In this document: positions 17,170 to 27,219 of the stretch, one piece after another
Position numbering within the stretch: the stretch's first letter is position 1
Layout: every line of letters begins with the position of its first letter
Source: an uncultured Fibrobacterota bacterium
Lineage (GTDB): Bacteria; Fibrobacterota; OXYB2-FULL-49-7; CAYNYI01
Direction: 5' to 3'
NCBI GenBank assembly: GCA_964401455.1
Contig: CAYNYI010000004.1
Coordinates: 1-57,978 of the forward strand
DNA length: 57,978 nt
The notes under the pieces: generated by a model
Databases searched by the model: none
What the model saw: only the letters and a program-made list of their open reading frames with translations
What the model was told of the DNA's origin: nothing
Made by a program: the position numbers and the translations under genes

Positions 17170-19256
17170 TTATCTCCCACAGAGTTGATATATTTTTTCA
17201 TATCCGCATTAAGTCCAGATTCTGAACACTTCTCAAAGTATTTGCGGGCTGTGGAGCAATCTTCCCTTATATCACAGTAAAATCTTCCAAGCCAAAAATT
17301 CGCCTCAGTATCTGCGGAATTCATAGATACCGCTTTTTTAAGCGCGTAAAGCCCGTCCGCGATCATCCTGTTTTTTTTTTCTACATTCCTGCTTGTGAGC
17401 ATACCGTAATAGGCCTTACCAAGCGCAAGCAGCATATCAAAATCATCGCCGTTTTGTTTTATATAATTACCGGCCTTGAGAGCCGCGACATCATTCCAGC
17501 CTATAGTTAAACATTTTTCTACAAGGACCAGATGGTATTCAGAATTTCCGGGGTTTCGCCTGACAACCTCCTCATAAAGATCGATGGCCTGTTCCTTCTT
17601 ACCCATCTTCAGAAAAGCGTTTCCTGCTTTAAGACGCAGTTCATCACTTTCCGGCCTGATACCGAGCATTCTGAAATAAATTTCCACAGCTTTGGTATAT
17701 TTCTGGTCGGCAAGATAAATCTCGGCCATCTTTCCCAAAGCGTAAAAGTCCTCATTGCGGTATTGAAGATAGTCGTTGAAATAATCTGACGCCTTTTTAT
17801 TATTACCGGAAAGAAAATACGCGGTACCTATATTAAGTTTAAGTTTAAGATTTTCAGGATCGTACCTTGCCGCTTTTGAATAATATTTCAGGGCCTTTTT
17901 ATATTCTCCTTTTTCCAGGAATATTGAACCGATACCCATATATGCCGAGGAGTTAGCGGGATCCGAGTCAATAGCTTTTTTATAGGCGGAAAGAGCGGAG
18001 TCAGGCATATCCTGCTTATAAAATATCAGCCCCTTATTGGCGTATTCCCCGGCAAGTGTACTGTCGAGAAAAAGCGCGTTTCTGACAGCCAGCAGGGCTT
18101 TGGCATACTGACCGGTAATAATGTGTACCACGGCCATATTGCTGTATGCAGGAATATATGTTGGATCGTCACCGGTTAGATCCCGGTAAATCTGAAGAGC
18201 CTCTCTGTAATTTCCTATTCCACGAAGCGCATTGGCCAAAAGGCACCTGTATTCAGAATTTCCGGGAGCTATTGCTATTAGTTTGCGCAAAGGCGTAACT
18301 GCTTTTTGGCTGTCATTGTTTTTGAGATAATTCAAACCGAGATAATAATAAAACTCAAGAGAAGAGGGTGACCGCTCCAGACACTTCATGAAAGCGGCCG
18401 AAGCGAGAGAATAGCTTTCAAGCGCGGAGTAGCTGCGGGCAATTTCTTTAAGTATGTAGAGTTCGTTTTTACCGTGGAGTTTTAAGCGGCCGATATTTGA
18501 CTTTATCTCCTCCGGCTTACCGAAACTTATCAGATATTCGCTTCTCGCGATATCCGCATGTATGCCTCCGCCGTATTTTGCAGCCATCTTAATCGCGTCT
18601 GAGGCTTTATCTTTTTGCCCGGTTACAACATAAGCGGCCGCGGCTTTTGACCATGCCAAAGAGAAACCGTTGTCCAGGACAAGCGCTCTTTCAAAAGCAT
18701 AAATTCCCTTATTGTATTCTTTGCGGGCTATAAAACCGCATGCGCGGCTGAATGAGGCATATGATTTGTCTTTTTCTGTTATCTTTTCAAGAAAGGCTTT
18801 TTCTCCCGGGCCGTCCCTTGGAATCCCCAGGCTGTCTGCCAGAGAAGAAAAGACCAGCATCATTACAGTCTGCGCATTCTTATCCGAAGCAGCTATACGG
18901 CCGGGAGCTTTTGTACTGTCATCTGTCGCGGACACATTTAGGACCAGCTGATACTGTTCGCCGGAAGACTTTTCCCAGGCCGCGCTTACAATATAGTCAA
19001 TTGAAAGATTTTCTTCGAGAAAGGAAGGAGATAAAGAAATATCCCGAATATCTCTTAGAATCTCTCTCTCATTATAGCGTGTAAGATGAGCACCCTCAAG
19101 AAATCCGAAGGACCGGTCGAAATACTCTTCCGCGGCTGAGATAAGCCAGCTGTTCTTATCAAGTCCGGTATTATTCTGGGGCCTCTCAAAAAAAATCCCG
19201 GTTATACCGAAGGCGGTCCCGCATAAAAAAAACAGAACGGGAATAAGAATTCGCAT
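17166..19256 (-). CDS. Exported tetratricopeptide-repeat protein
   Basis: Signal peptide plus many TPR units (e.g. AYMGIGSIFLEKGEYKKALKYYSKAARYDP). Confidence 0.85.
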   Translation of the reverse strand: MRILIPVLFFLCGTAFGITGIFFERPQNNTGLDKNSWLISAAEEYFDRSFGFLEGAHLTRYNEREILRDIRDISLSPSFLEENLSIDYIVSAAWEKSSGEQYQLVLNVSATDDSTKAPGRIAASDKNAQTVMMLVFSSLADSLGIPRDGPGEKAFLEKITEKDKSYASFSRACGFIARKEYNKGIYAFERALVLDNGFSLAWSKAAAAYVVTGQKDKASDAIKMAAKYGGGIHADIARSEYLISFGKPEEIKSNIGRLKLHGKNELYILKEIARSYSALESYSLASAAFMKCLERSPSSLEFYYYLGLNYLKNNDSQKAVTPLRKLIAIAPGNSEYRCLLANALRGIGNYREALQIYRDLTGDDPTYIPAYSNMAVVHIITGQYAKALLAVRNALFLDSTLAGEYANKGLIFYKQDMPDSALSAYKKAIDSDPANSSAYMGIGSIFLEKGEYKKALKYYSKAARYDPENLKLKLNIGTAYFLSGNNKKASDYFNDYLQYRNEDFYALGKMAEIYLADQKYTKAVEIYFRMLGIRPESDELRLKAGNAFLKMGKKEQAIDLYEEVVRRNPGNSEYHLVLVEKCLTIGWNDVAALKAGNYIKQNGDDFDMLLALGKAYYGMLTSRNVEKKNRMIADGLYALKKAVSMNSADTEANFWLGRFYCDIREDCSTARKYFEKCSESGLNADMKKYINSVGDN

Positions 19257-19258
19257 TA

Positions 19259-20143
19259 TCAGGCTCCGTTCTGAGAAGCAGCCGCCTTTACAGTATTGCT
19301 AAGAAGCATCGCAATAGTCATGGGACCGACGCCTCCCGGTACAGGGGTAATGTATGACGCTTTTTCAGAAACTTTATCAAAATCTACGTCACCGCAAAGC
19401 CTGTACCCTTTCTTTTTTGACGGATCTGTAACACGGTTCATCCCGACATCAATAACAATAGCGCCTTCTTTTATCATATCTTCAGTAATTGTATCCGGCC
19501 GGCCTGCGGCAACTATCAGGATATCAGCGGTCCGGGTAAAAAACGCGGGGTCTTTTGTTCCTGTGTGCACGATTGTAACAGTGGAATTCGCTCCGGAAGC
19601 TTTCTGAAGCATAATATTGGCCATGGGCTTACCCACGATATTCGATCGTCCAACAACAACAACATGTTTCCCGGCAGTTTCTATTCCGGTGCGAACAAGC
19701 ATTTCTTTTATGCCCGCGGGAGTACAGGGTAAAAGACAGTCTTCACCGATTACCATACGTCCGGTATTTACAGGATGAAACCCGTCAACATCTTTTTCCG
19801 GAGAAATCCTGTTGAACATTTTCTTCTCATCAAGATGCGACGCTAAAGGGGATTGTACGAGGATACCATGAACATTTCTGTCGGCATTCAGATTATCTAT
19901 AAGATCAAGAAGTTCGGACTCCTTTGTCTCTGCGCCGAGTTTATAGGTTTTTTCTTTTATCCCGGCTTTCTCACAGGCCCGGCCCTTGTTTCTGACATAT
20001 ACTTCAGAAGCCGGATCATTGCCCACAAGAATAACATTCAGGCAAGGCTCAATTCCTTTGTTCTTCAGGCCGGAGGCGAAGGCGGAGGCTTCAGCCCTGA
20101 CCTTTTCCGACATCTCCTTGCCATTAATTAAAATCGCGCTCAT
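19259..20143 (-). CDS. folD: Bifunctional methylenetetrahydrofolate dehydrogenase/cyclohydrolase
   Basis: YVRNK, KDVDGFHP, PCTP, GRSNIVGKP and TPVPGGVGPMT. Confidence 0.97.
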   Translation of the reverse strand: MSAILINGKEMSEKVRAEASAFASGLKNKGIEPCLNVILVGNDPASEVYVRNKGRACEKAGIKEKTYKLGAETKESELLDLIDNLNADRNVHGILVQSPLASHLDEKKMFNRISPEKDVDGFHPVNTGRMVIGEDCLLPCTPAGIKEMLVRTGIETAGKHVVVVGRSNIVGKPMANIMLQKASGANSTVTIVHTGTKDPAFFTRTADILIVAAGRPDTITEDMIKEGAIVIDVGMNRVTDPSKKKGYRLCGDVDFDKVSEKASYITPVPGGVGPMTIAMLLSNTVKAAASQNGA

Positions 20144-20174
20144 TATACCTCCTTATCCGAAAAAGAACCCGCGT

Positions 20175-20960
20175 TCAGCATTCTATGCTGATCTTCTGTA
20201 TATCCAAGGCTTTCCCGGTTTCAGGATCAGCCTCTATAATGACGCCGCAAAAGATGGTATCACCCGAAGCCGGCTCATATTTTACCGGGGACTCGTATAA
20301 AAATTTCCTGATAATGATATCTTTTTTTACACCTATTACCGAATTTCTGGAACCTGTCATTCCGGCATCGGTAATATAGGCCGTTCCATTAGGAAGTATG
20401 CAGGCATCATCCGTCATAACATGGGTATGGGTACCCAGAACAGCGGTAACCCTGCCGTCAAGATAATGTCCGAGCGCTATTTTTTCTGAAGTGGCTTCGG
20501 CATGGAAATCCGCGATAATAATCGGGGTCTTTTTTTTAATTTGCTCGATAAGCTTGTCAGCCTTTCTGAAGGGGCAGTCTATAGGAAACATATAAACCCT
20601 TCCCTGAAGGTTCATAACACCGGCTTTGGTTTCATCAATGCCAGTGAAAATGTAGGAACCTTTTCCGGGGTTTCCCTCCGGATAATTGGCAGGCCGGATG
20701 ACCCTGCAGTCCGGATTGTTATCGAATTCATATATGATATCACGGTTATCCCAGATATGATTACCGCTGGTAACAACATCAACTCCGTATGAGCGAAGCT
20801 TTCCGAGAAGGTTCCGCGTAAGCCCTCGGCCCCCGGCGGTATTCTCACCGTTTGCTATACATAAATCAATACCGTACTCTTCGCGTAGCGGTTTAATTAT
20901 TTCTGAGGCGGCACGTCTGCCGTCTGAGCCGTAGATGTCCCCGACAAAAAGAATTTTCAA
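20175..20960 (-). CDS. ymdB: YmdB/TIGR00282 family metallophosphoesterase
   Basis: GDIYG, ANGEN, SGNHIWD, DFHAEATSEK and GTHTHV. Lies downstream of rny. Confidence 0.93.
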   Translation of the reverse strand: MKILFVGDIYGSDGRRAASEIIKPLREEYGIDLCIANGENTAGGRGLTRNLLGKLRSYGVDVVTSGNHIWDNRDIIYEFDNNPDCRVIRPANYPEGNPGKGSYIFTGIDETKAGVMNLQGRVYMFPIDCPFRKADKLIEQIKKKTPIIIADFHAEATSEKIALGHYLDGRVTAVLGTHTHVMTDDACILPNGTAYITDAGMTGSRNSVIGVKKDIIIRKFLYESPVKYEPASGDTIFCGVIIEADPETGKALDIQKISIEC

Positions 20961-20982
20961 ATTTTACAGTCCGCCTTTTTGT

Positions 20983-22542
20983 TTATTTAGCATATCCGAC
21001 AAATCTGGTTTCCCTTACAACAGTCACTTTAATCTGTCCCGGATATTCCATCTCATTCTGGACCTTTTCAGTCAACTGAGACACGAGATTTTCACAGTGC
21101 GCATCATCAAGTTGATCCGGTTCCACTATGCAGCGGACTTCTCTTCCGGCCTGGATAGCGTATGATTTATTGACACCCCTGAAAGAATCGGCAATCTCTT
21201 CGAGCTTTTCAAGCCTCTTGATGTAAGTCGAAAGGGTTTCGCGGCGCGCGCCGGGTCTCGTACTGGAAATCGTGTCGGCGGCCTGAACGAGTATGGGATA
21301 AACTGAAGTTGCCTCGACGTCTTCATGGTGTGCCTCTATGCAGTTTACGATTATGGCATTCTCCCCGTTTTTCTCTGCCAGCCTGGCGCCTAACTCGGAA
21401 TGGGTGCCTTCTGAATCGCGGTCTATGGCCTTTCCGATATCGTGCAGAAGCCCGGCACGTTTGGCCAACTTGGTATCAAGAGAGAGCTCCGCGGCAAGCA
21501 TCTCGGTAATAACAGCTACTTCCAAACTGTGCTGAAGGACATTCTGACCGTATGAGGTACGAAATTTCAGTTTTCCGAGGCAATTGATAATCTTTGAGGA
21601 CAAGCCGTGAACATTCATATCGTAGGCAGTCTGTTTTCCTGTCTCAACGATATCTTTTTCAACCTCATTTTCTGCCTTTTTAACCAGTTCCTCTATCCGG
21701 GCCGGATGTATGCGGCCGTCTTCAATAAGCTTCTCCATAGTAACTCTGGCAACTTCGCGCCTGACCGGGTCAAAACCGGACATAATGACAGCTTCAGGAG
21801 TGTCGTCAACAATTACATCAACACCTGTCGCTTCTTCGAAAGCACGAATATTACGGCCCTCTCGTCCGATTATCCGTCCCTTCATCTCATCACCGGGGAG
21901 GTGCACAACAGAAACCGTGGTTTCGATAGTCTGCTCGGCCGCGCTTCTCTGTATGGCCTGAACAAGAACTTTCTTGGCTTCCTTGTCGGCCTCCTCTTTA
22001 GCACGGTCTTTCATTTCTTTAATTATCTGGGCACATTCAAGCCTCGCGCGTGACTCAAGATTCTCCTTCAGCTGTCTGACAGCTTCTTCCTGAGTAAGTC
22101 CGGAAATTTTCTCAAGTTTTTCATTCTGAATGGCTATTGTCTTTTCAAGGTCCTCGTCTTTAAGACGGAGGGTTTTCTCTCTCGAGGCCAGAAGAGCTTC
22201 TTTGGAGGAAATCTCATTAACCCTTTTCTCAATGACTTCAGCTTTTTTAAGAAGATCAGACTCTTTCTGCTTTAGCTCCTTGGCGTCTTCATTGATTTTA
22301 GATATTCTTTTCTGAGACTCCCTGTCAAAATCAGATTTTTTTTGAAACCACTCATCTTTTACTTCAAGAAGCTTGGATTTTTTCTCTATTTCCGCCTCAA
22401 CTGAAGCTTTGGATATTATGGCCTCGGCTTTAACCGAAGCGTCTTTTATCACATTGTTGCCCTTCAGGCGGTTTATTACTACCACTATTAGCATTCCGGC
22501 TATAAAGCAGAATACCGGAAGCGCGATAAATAACAGGTTCAT
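20983..22542 (-). CDS. rny: Ribonuclease Y
   Basis: N-terminal TM, coiled coil, KH domain (MKGRIIGREGRNIR), HD domain (LLHDIGK) and YAIQAGREVR. Confidence 0.97.
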   Translation of the reverse strand: MNLLFIALPVFCFIAGMLIVVVINRLKGNNVIKDASVKAEAIISKASVEAEIEKKSKLLEVKDEWFQKKSDFDRESQKRISKINEDAKELKQKESDLLKKAEVIEKRVNEISSKEALLASREKTLRLKDEDLEKTIAIQNEKLEKISGLTQEEAVRQLKENLESRARLECAQIIKEMKDRAKEEADKEAKKVLVQAIQRSAAEQTIETTVSVVHLPGDEMKGRIIGREGRNIRAFEEATGVDVIVDDTPEAVIMSGFDPVRREVARVTMEKLIEDGRIHPARIEELVKKAENEVEKDIVETGKQTAYDMNVHGLSSKIINCLGKLKFRTSYGQNVLQHSLEVAVITEMLAAELSLDTKLAKRAGLLHDIGKAIDRDSEGTHSELGARLAEKNGENAIIVNCIEAHHEDVEATSVYPILVQAADTISSTRPGARRETLSTYIKRLEKLEEIADSFRGVNKSYAIQAGREVRCIVEPDQLDDAHCENLVSQLTEKVQNEMEYPGQIKVTVVRETRFVGYAK

Positions 22543-22568
22543 TTTATTATATCCTTTCTTAAAAAAAA

Positions 22569-22739
22569 ACCCGCTGATCCGTTGGACATTGTTAAAATTT
22601 TGTGCCTCTTTTTTCTAATAATGGGCGTTCCCCCGGACAGCTTGCGGATCCTTCAAAGAAGGCGCACGCTCACTGCCCAAAATAAAACTCCCCAGGCTTC
22701 AATGTAGGACAAAATTTAACAAATACGGAATCAGCGGGT
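22569..22739 (-). ncRNA. ssrS: 6S RNA
   Basis: 171-nt rod between zapA and rny. Ends pair (ACCCGCTGATTCCGT with ACGGATCAGCGGGT; TTGTTAAATTTTGT with ACAAAATTTTAACAA), with a central bubble and an apical stem (TGGGC with GCCCA). The zapA-ssrS-rny synteny is known. Confidence 0.85.
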
Positions 22740-22756
22740 ACTGATAATATATTTTC

Positions 22757-23047
22757 TCAGATAGCGGGTTCTTCCAGCTTGGAATGAACTTCCTCTACCT
22801 TTTTCTTTAAAAGATCAATATATGCTTCACGATCTTCACATTCTTTCCGAAGCGTAAACAATTCTCCGGCAATATTCAAAGCAGTATAAATCGCAACCTG
22901 GTATCTTTCAATCCGATCCGGCGCGGATTTCTCCATTTCACGAATTTTTTTATCTACAAAATCCGCAACCATGGAAATTTCCTCTTCTCCGGCATCTCCT
23001 CTCAGGGAGAACTCTTCTCCCGCTATAAATTTTTTCAGGCTGGCCAA
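22757..23047 (-). CDS. zapA: Cell division protein ZapA
   Basis: IAGEEFSL..VADFVDKKIRE..VAIYTALNIAGEL plus coiled coil. Sits downstream of pheT. TTG start. Confidence 0.88.
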   Translation of the reverse strand: MASLKKFIAGEEFSLRGDAGEEEISMVADFVDKKIREMEKSAPDRIERYQVAIYTALNIAGELFTLRKECEDREAYIDLLKKKVEEVHSKLEEPAI

Positions 23048-23194
23048 ATTATTCCCCTGCTCTATTAGAAAGCATATTGTATCTGTTTATTCTGTCCGTT
23101 ATCTTTCTTTTTCTGTTAGTAAGCTTGTTATAATATATATTTTATTTTATCCCGTTTTTCAAGTAAAACACCTGAAAATTTATTTTTCTTAAAA

Positions 23195-25576
23195 TTATCT
23201 TAATTCCGCCCCGAATTTTTCTCTGGCCGCGAGAATTATCTTTTCAGAAATACTGTCTATTTCTGACTCTTTGAGGGTTTTTTCGCCCGATCTTATCCTG
23301 ACATTCAAAGAAATACTCTTTTTTCCGGTCCCAAGATTCTCTCCTCTGTAAATATCAAACAATAAGACTTCCTCTATCAGCGTATCAATACCCCGGATTA
23401 ATTCAATTATAGCTCCCGCGGCCGCATTCTCATCCATAACAAAAGAAAAATCCCTCTGCGAAGACTGAAACCTGGAAACAGGTTTGTAATAAACTTCATT
23501 CCGGGAAACAAAAGACAATTCCTCTGCGTAAAGGGTAAAGACCGCCGCCTTTTCGTCTATTCCGTATTCTTCGAGCAATCCTGAATTAACTTCGCCTAAT
23601 TCGCCGATTAAAGTCTTTCCGGAATATATCTTCTGACCAAAGCCCCACGGGAAATCGGTATTCACAAATTTTATTTTTTTTGCGCGGCATCGTTGGAGAA
23701 ATCTCTCAACCGAACCTTTCGCGGTATAAAAGTCATGCATCATATCCGGATTTTTCCAGTCGGCCGGATAAACTCTGCCCGTAACACATCCCGCGATAAC
23801 CGATGTCTCCTCCGGTTGTTTTCCACTGTCCTTTTCGTAGAGATAAACACGTCCGGATTCAAATATCATTACGTCGGCAGTTCCGCGGTTTCGGTTGTTT
23901 CTGATTATATTCAAGAGTGACGGAAGGAGGGAAGGCCGTAAAACGCTCATACCCGGACTACCAGGGTTAAGAAGACTCACAAGGCCTTCGGAATTACCCG
24001 TCAAAGCGCATTCTTCCGGAGATATCAGAGAATTTGTCAATACCTCGCAGAAACCCTCTCCCCTGAAAAATTCCCGCGCTTCTGATTCCGGTGTCTTACT
24101 TTCGTCCGGAACAAGAGAATAAGGAATACGGAAGCCGTCAGGTGTATTAATATTATTATAACCGTAGATTCTGGCGATTTCCTCCGCGAGATCGGCTTCC
24201 CGGGTTATATCGAAACTTCGAAAAGAAGGAACAACTACCTTCAAAACGTTTTTATGTTCTTCACAGGTAAAATAAAGCGATTCCAAAATCCCTTTGATTT
24301 CCGATGTTTTAAGTCCGGTACCCAGAAGTCTGTTGATATATTCTGTCCGAAGATCTATTACGGGGCAGGGTCTTTCTGACGGGTATTCATCAACGGCCCC
24401 GGAAAAAACTTCTCCCCCGGCCAGTTCGGCTATTAATGAAGCTGCCCTGTCGAGCGCCACCGGTGTGTTTTCCCAATCAACCCCGCGCTCAAACCTGTAT
24501 GACGACTCAGTGGAAACGCCTAATTTTCTTGATGTAAGCCTTACGGTTACAGGGTTAAAAAAGGCCGATTCCAAAAGGACATCGGTTGTATTGTCTGTAA
24601 CCTCGGAATCGAGACCGCCGATTATCCCGGCAAGAGCCACCGGCCCCTGCCCGTCACAGATGAGAAGGTCGGCGCTTCTTAATATATGCTTTTGACCGTC
24701 AAGAGCGGTAAATTTTTCTCCTTCAAAGGCTTTTCTGACATTTATCCGTGAATCACGTATATTTGAATAATCGAATGCATGAAGAGGCTGTCCGGTTTCC
24801 AGCATAACGTAATTTGTTATATCAACTATATTATTGATAGCTCGCAACCCCGCAGACTCCAGTCTTTTAACCATCCATTCCGGAGAAGGAGCGGGTTTGA
24901 CCCCCTTGATAAAACGGGCAGTGTATCTTGGACAGTCATCAGGCGCTTCAATATTAACACTTATTTTTTCGGTTGTTTTCTGAGCGCTTTTTTTAAGATC
25001 GGTTTCCGGAATCCTCAAACCGCCGCCAAGACGCGCGTTGATCTCTCTGGCAAGGCCGATTACAGATAGACAATCCGGCCTGTTGGGAAGGACAGCGAGT
25101 TCAAGTACCGGAGACACACCGATGACCTCAGCACTAACAGGAACTCCTATAGGTGTATCCGGAGAAAGGACCATTATTCCCGAAGATTTTTCAGCAAGCC
25201 CTAACTCTTCGAGAGAACAAATCATTCCCCGTGACTCGACACCTCTTATTTTAGCTTTTTTAATCTTAAGACCGACCGGGAGTTCTGTACCTTCGGGGGC
25301 AAAAATGATTTTTTGTCCCGACGCGGCATTCGGCGCTCCGCAGACTATCTCCAGGATACCGTCTCCGGTATCGACACTGCAGATACTTAATCTGTCCGCG
25401 CCCGGATGCTGTTTTTTTTCGATTATTTCCGCGGTAATGAGCCCCGGAACGGGAGAGAACTCTCCGCTCATGCCCTCAAGTTCCAGACCGATATCGGTAT
25501 AGACCGCTCCGATTTCCGAGGCTTTCATTCCTTTTAAATCGGTATAATTTTCAATCCATTCAAGAGAAGCTTTCAT
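23195..25576 (-). CDS. pheT: Phenylalanine--tRNA ligase beta subunit
   Basis: HPGADRL, IVCGAPN, PNRPDCLS, RFERGVD and a C-terminal FDX-ACB domain. Confidence 0.97.
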   Translation of the reverse strand: MKASLEWIENYTDLKGMKASEIGAVYTDIGLELEGMSGEFSPVPGLITAEIIEKKQHPGADRLSICSVDTGDGILEIVCGAPNAASGQKIIFAPEGTELPVGLKIKKAKIRGVESRGMICSLEELGLAEKSSGIMVLSPDTPIGVPVSAEVIGVSPVLELAVLPNRPDCLSVIGLAREINARLGGGLRIPETDLKKSAQKTTEKISVNIEAPDDCPRYTARFIKGVKPAPSPEWMVKRLESAGLRAINNIVDITNYVMLETGQPLHAFDYSNIRDSRINVRKAFEGEKFTALDGQKHILRSADLLICDGQGPVALAGIIGGLDSEVTDNTTDVLLESAFFNPVTVRLTSRKLGVSTESSYRFERGVDWENTPVALDRAASLIAELAGGEVFSGAVDEYPSERPCPVIDLRTEYINRLLGTGLKTSEIKGILESLYFTCEEHKNVLKVVVPSFRSFDITREADLAEEIARIYGYNNINTPDGFRIPYSLVPDESKTPESEAREFFRGEGFCEVLTNSLISPEECALTGNSEGLVSLLNPGSPGMSVLRPSLLPSLLNIIRNNRNRGTADVMIFESGRVYLYEKDSGKQPEETSVIAGCVTGRVYPADWKNPDMMHDFYTAKGSVERFLQRCRAKKIKFVNTDFPWGFGQKIYSGKTLIGELGEVNSGLLEEYGIDEKAAVFTLYAEELSFVSRNEVYYKPVSRFQSSQRDFSFVMDENAAAGAIIELIRGIDTLIEEVLLFDIYRGENLGTGKKSISLNVRIRSGEKTLKESEIDSISEKIILAAREKFGAELR

Positions 25577-25597
25577 ATTTTCATACTCATGATTTTT

Positions 25598-26632
25598 TTA
25601 TGCGAACTGTCTGAGAAATCTTACATCATTCTCGAAGAACAGTCTTATATCGTTTATTCTGTGTTTAAGAAGCGCGATTCTCTCAATTCCCATCCCAAAA
25701 GCGAAACCCGAGTACTCCTCGGGGTCTATACCGCCGGCTCTAAGCACATTTGGGTCCACCATGCCGCACCCTCCGATTTCGAGCCAGCCGGAATGCTTGC
25801 ATACCGGACAACCTTTTGAGCCGCATATATAGCATTCGACATCAATCTCGGCGCTCGGCTCGGTAAACGGAAAAAAGCTTGGCCTGAATTTGGTCTTGAC
25901 AGAAGATCCGAAGAAAGACTTAGCGAAATAGTCCATTGTAGCGCGAAGATCGCCGAATGTGACATTTTTATCGATATTAAGCCCCTCAACCTGATGAAAC
26001 ATTACGTAGCTGCGGGAATTAACCTCTTCGTTCCTGTAGACTCTCCCGGGCATAATAGAACGCAGGGGCGGTTTTTGTTTTTCCATAAGACGGATCTGGA
26101 CCGGCGATGTATGAGTGCGAAGGAGCACATCCCCGGTTACATAATATGTATCCTGCATATCGCGCGCGGGATGATGAGGCGGAGTATTAAGAGCTTCGAA
26201 ATTATAATAATCGGTCTCGACTTCCGGCCCCTCGGCTGTGTCAAACCCTATGCCCCGAAAAATCTCCTCTATTCTGTTTTTTATGTTCAGAATCGGATGA
26301 AGGCTTCCGGTAAAAGTTTTTCTTCCCGGAAGGGAGAAATCCATGGCAGAAAGACGTTTTTTTTCTGATTCCGATTTAAGGGCATCGTCTTTTTCATTGA
26401 TAAGACCCTCAAGGAAAGAACGCGCCTCATTGGCCGTCTTACCGGCTGTCCTTTTATCTTCGGGAGAAAGGTCCTTAAGACCTTTCAAAATGGAATTGAG
26501 TTCGCTTTTTCTTGACAGATAAGAAGCACGCAACCCCGCGAGTTCCTCGGCCGATCCGGCTTGGCGGATCTTATTCTCGGCTTCAGTCCTTATCGCAGCG
26601 AGTTTCTTTAGAATTTCGCCGCCGGAAGACAT
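25598..26632 (-). CDS. pheS: Phenylalanine--tRNA ligase alpha subunit
   Basis: HPARDMQDT, LRTHTSPVQ, FPFTEPS and FAFGMGIER. Confidence 0.98.
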   Translation of the reverse strand: MSSGGEILKKLAAIRTEAENKIRQAGSAEELAGLRASYLSRKSELNSILKGLKDLSPEDKRTAGKTANEARSFLEGLINEKDDALKSESEKKRLSAMDFSLPGRKTFTGSLHPILNIKNRIEEIFRGIGFDTAEGPEVETDYYNFEALNTPPHHPARDMQDTYYVTGDVLLRTHTSPVQIRLMEKQKPPLRSIMPGRVYRNEEVNSRSYVMFHQVEGLNIDKNVTFGDLRATMDYFAKSFFGSSVKTKFRPSFFPFTEPSAEIDVECYICGSKGCPVCKHSGWLEIGGCGMVDPNVLRAGGIDPEEYSGFAFGMGIERIALLKHRINDIRLFFENDVRFLRQFA

Positions 26633-26985
26633 TAAGCTGCTTTCCCGGCTAATTCCGCCAGGTCGCGAAAAGCAGCGGGATCATTAACAGCTATTTCAGA
26701 AAGCTGTTTTCTGTCAAGCTCGACACCGCTTTTTTTAAGACCGTTCATGAAAACGGAATAAGAAATACCGGACAGTCTGGCCGCGGCATTAATCCTTACG
26801 ATCCAAAGCGAACGGAAATCACGTTTTTTCCGCCGGCGGTCACGGTATTCGTACTTCATTGAACGTTCAACGGCTTCTTTGGCGGTTTTGTAGTTGCTTT
26901 TTCTACGGCCGAAATAACCCTTGGCCTGTTTGATTATTTTATTATGCCGATGCTTTTTGGCGACACTGTTTTTAGCTCTGGGCAT
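26632..26985 (-). CDS. rplT: 50S ribosomal protein L20
   Basis: [23 protein letters not shown]. Confidence 0.98.
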   Translation of the reverse strand: MPRAKNSVAKKHRHNKIIKQAKGYFGRRKSNYKTAKEAVERSMKYEYRDRRRKKRDFRSLWIVRINAAARLSGISYSVFMNGLKKSGVELDRKQLSEIAVNDPAAFRDLAELAGKAA

Positions 26986-27004
26986 CTCTTTCTCCTTTTA
27001 TCTG

Positions 27005-27196
27005 TTAATTAATTATAGACAGTATTCTTCTTCTGTCCGCACCGCTTACGATGTCGGATTTCCTGAGAGTTCTTTTTCTCTTACGACTCTTTTTTGTCAG
27101 GATATGACTTTTATAACCGTGACTTCTTTTGACCTTGTCGGTCCCGGTCTTTTTGAATCTTTTGCAAGCCGCCCTGTTGGATTTCATTTTAGGCAT
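27005..27196 (-). CDS. rpmI: 50S ribosomal protein L35
   Basis: [21 protein letters not shown]; lies between infC and rplT. Confidence 0.97.
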   Translation of the reverse strand: MPKMKSNRAACKRFKKTGTDKVKRSHGYKSHILTKKSRKRKRTLRKSDIVSGADRRRILSIIN

Positions 27197-27219
27197 AACG
27201 GCCCCTTTCTATTAATTTA

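Noticed and set aside
20158-20176. Terminator between ymdB and folD (GAAC-GCGG-GTTC-TTTTT on the minus strand)
   Set aside because: The stem is only 4 bp and overlaps the stop codon; too weak to call.
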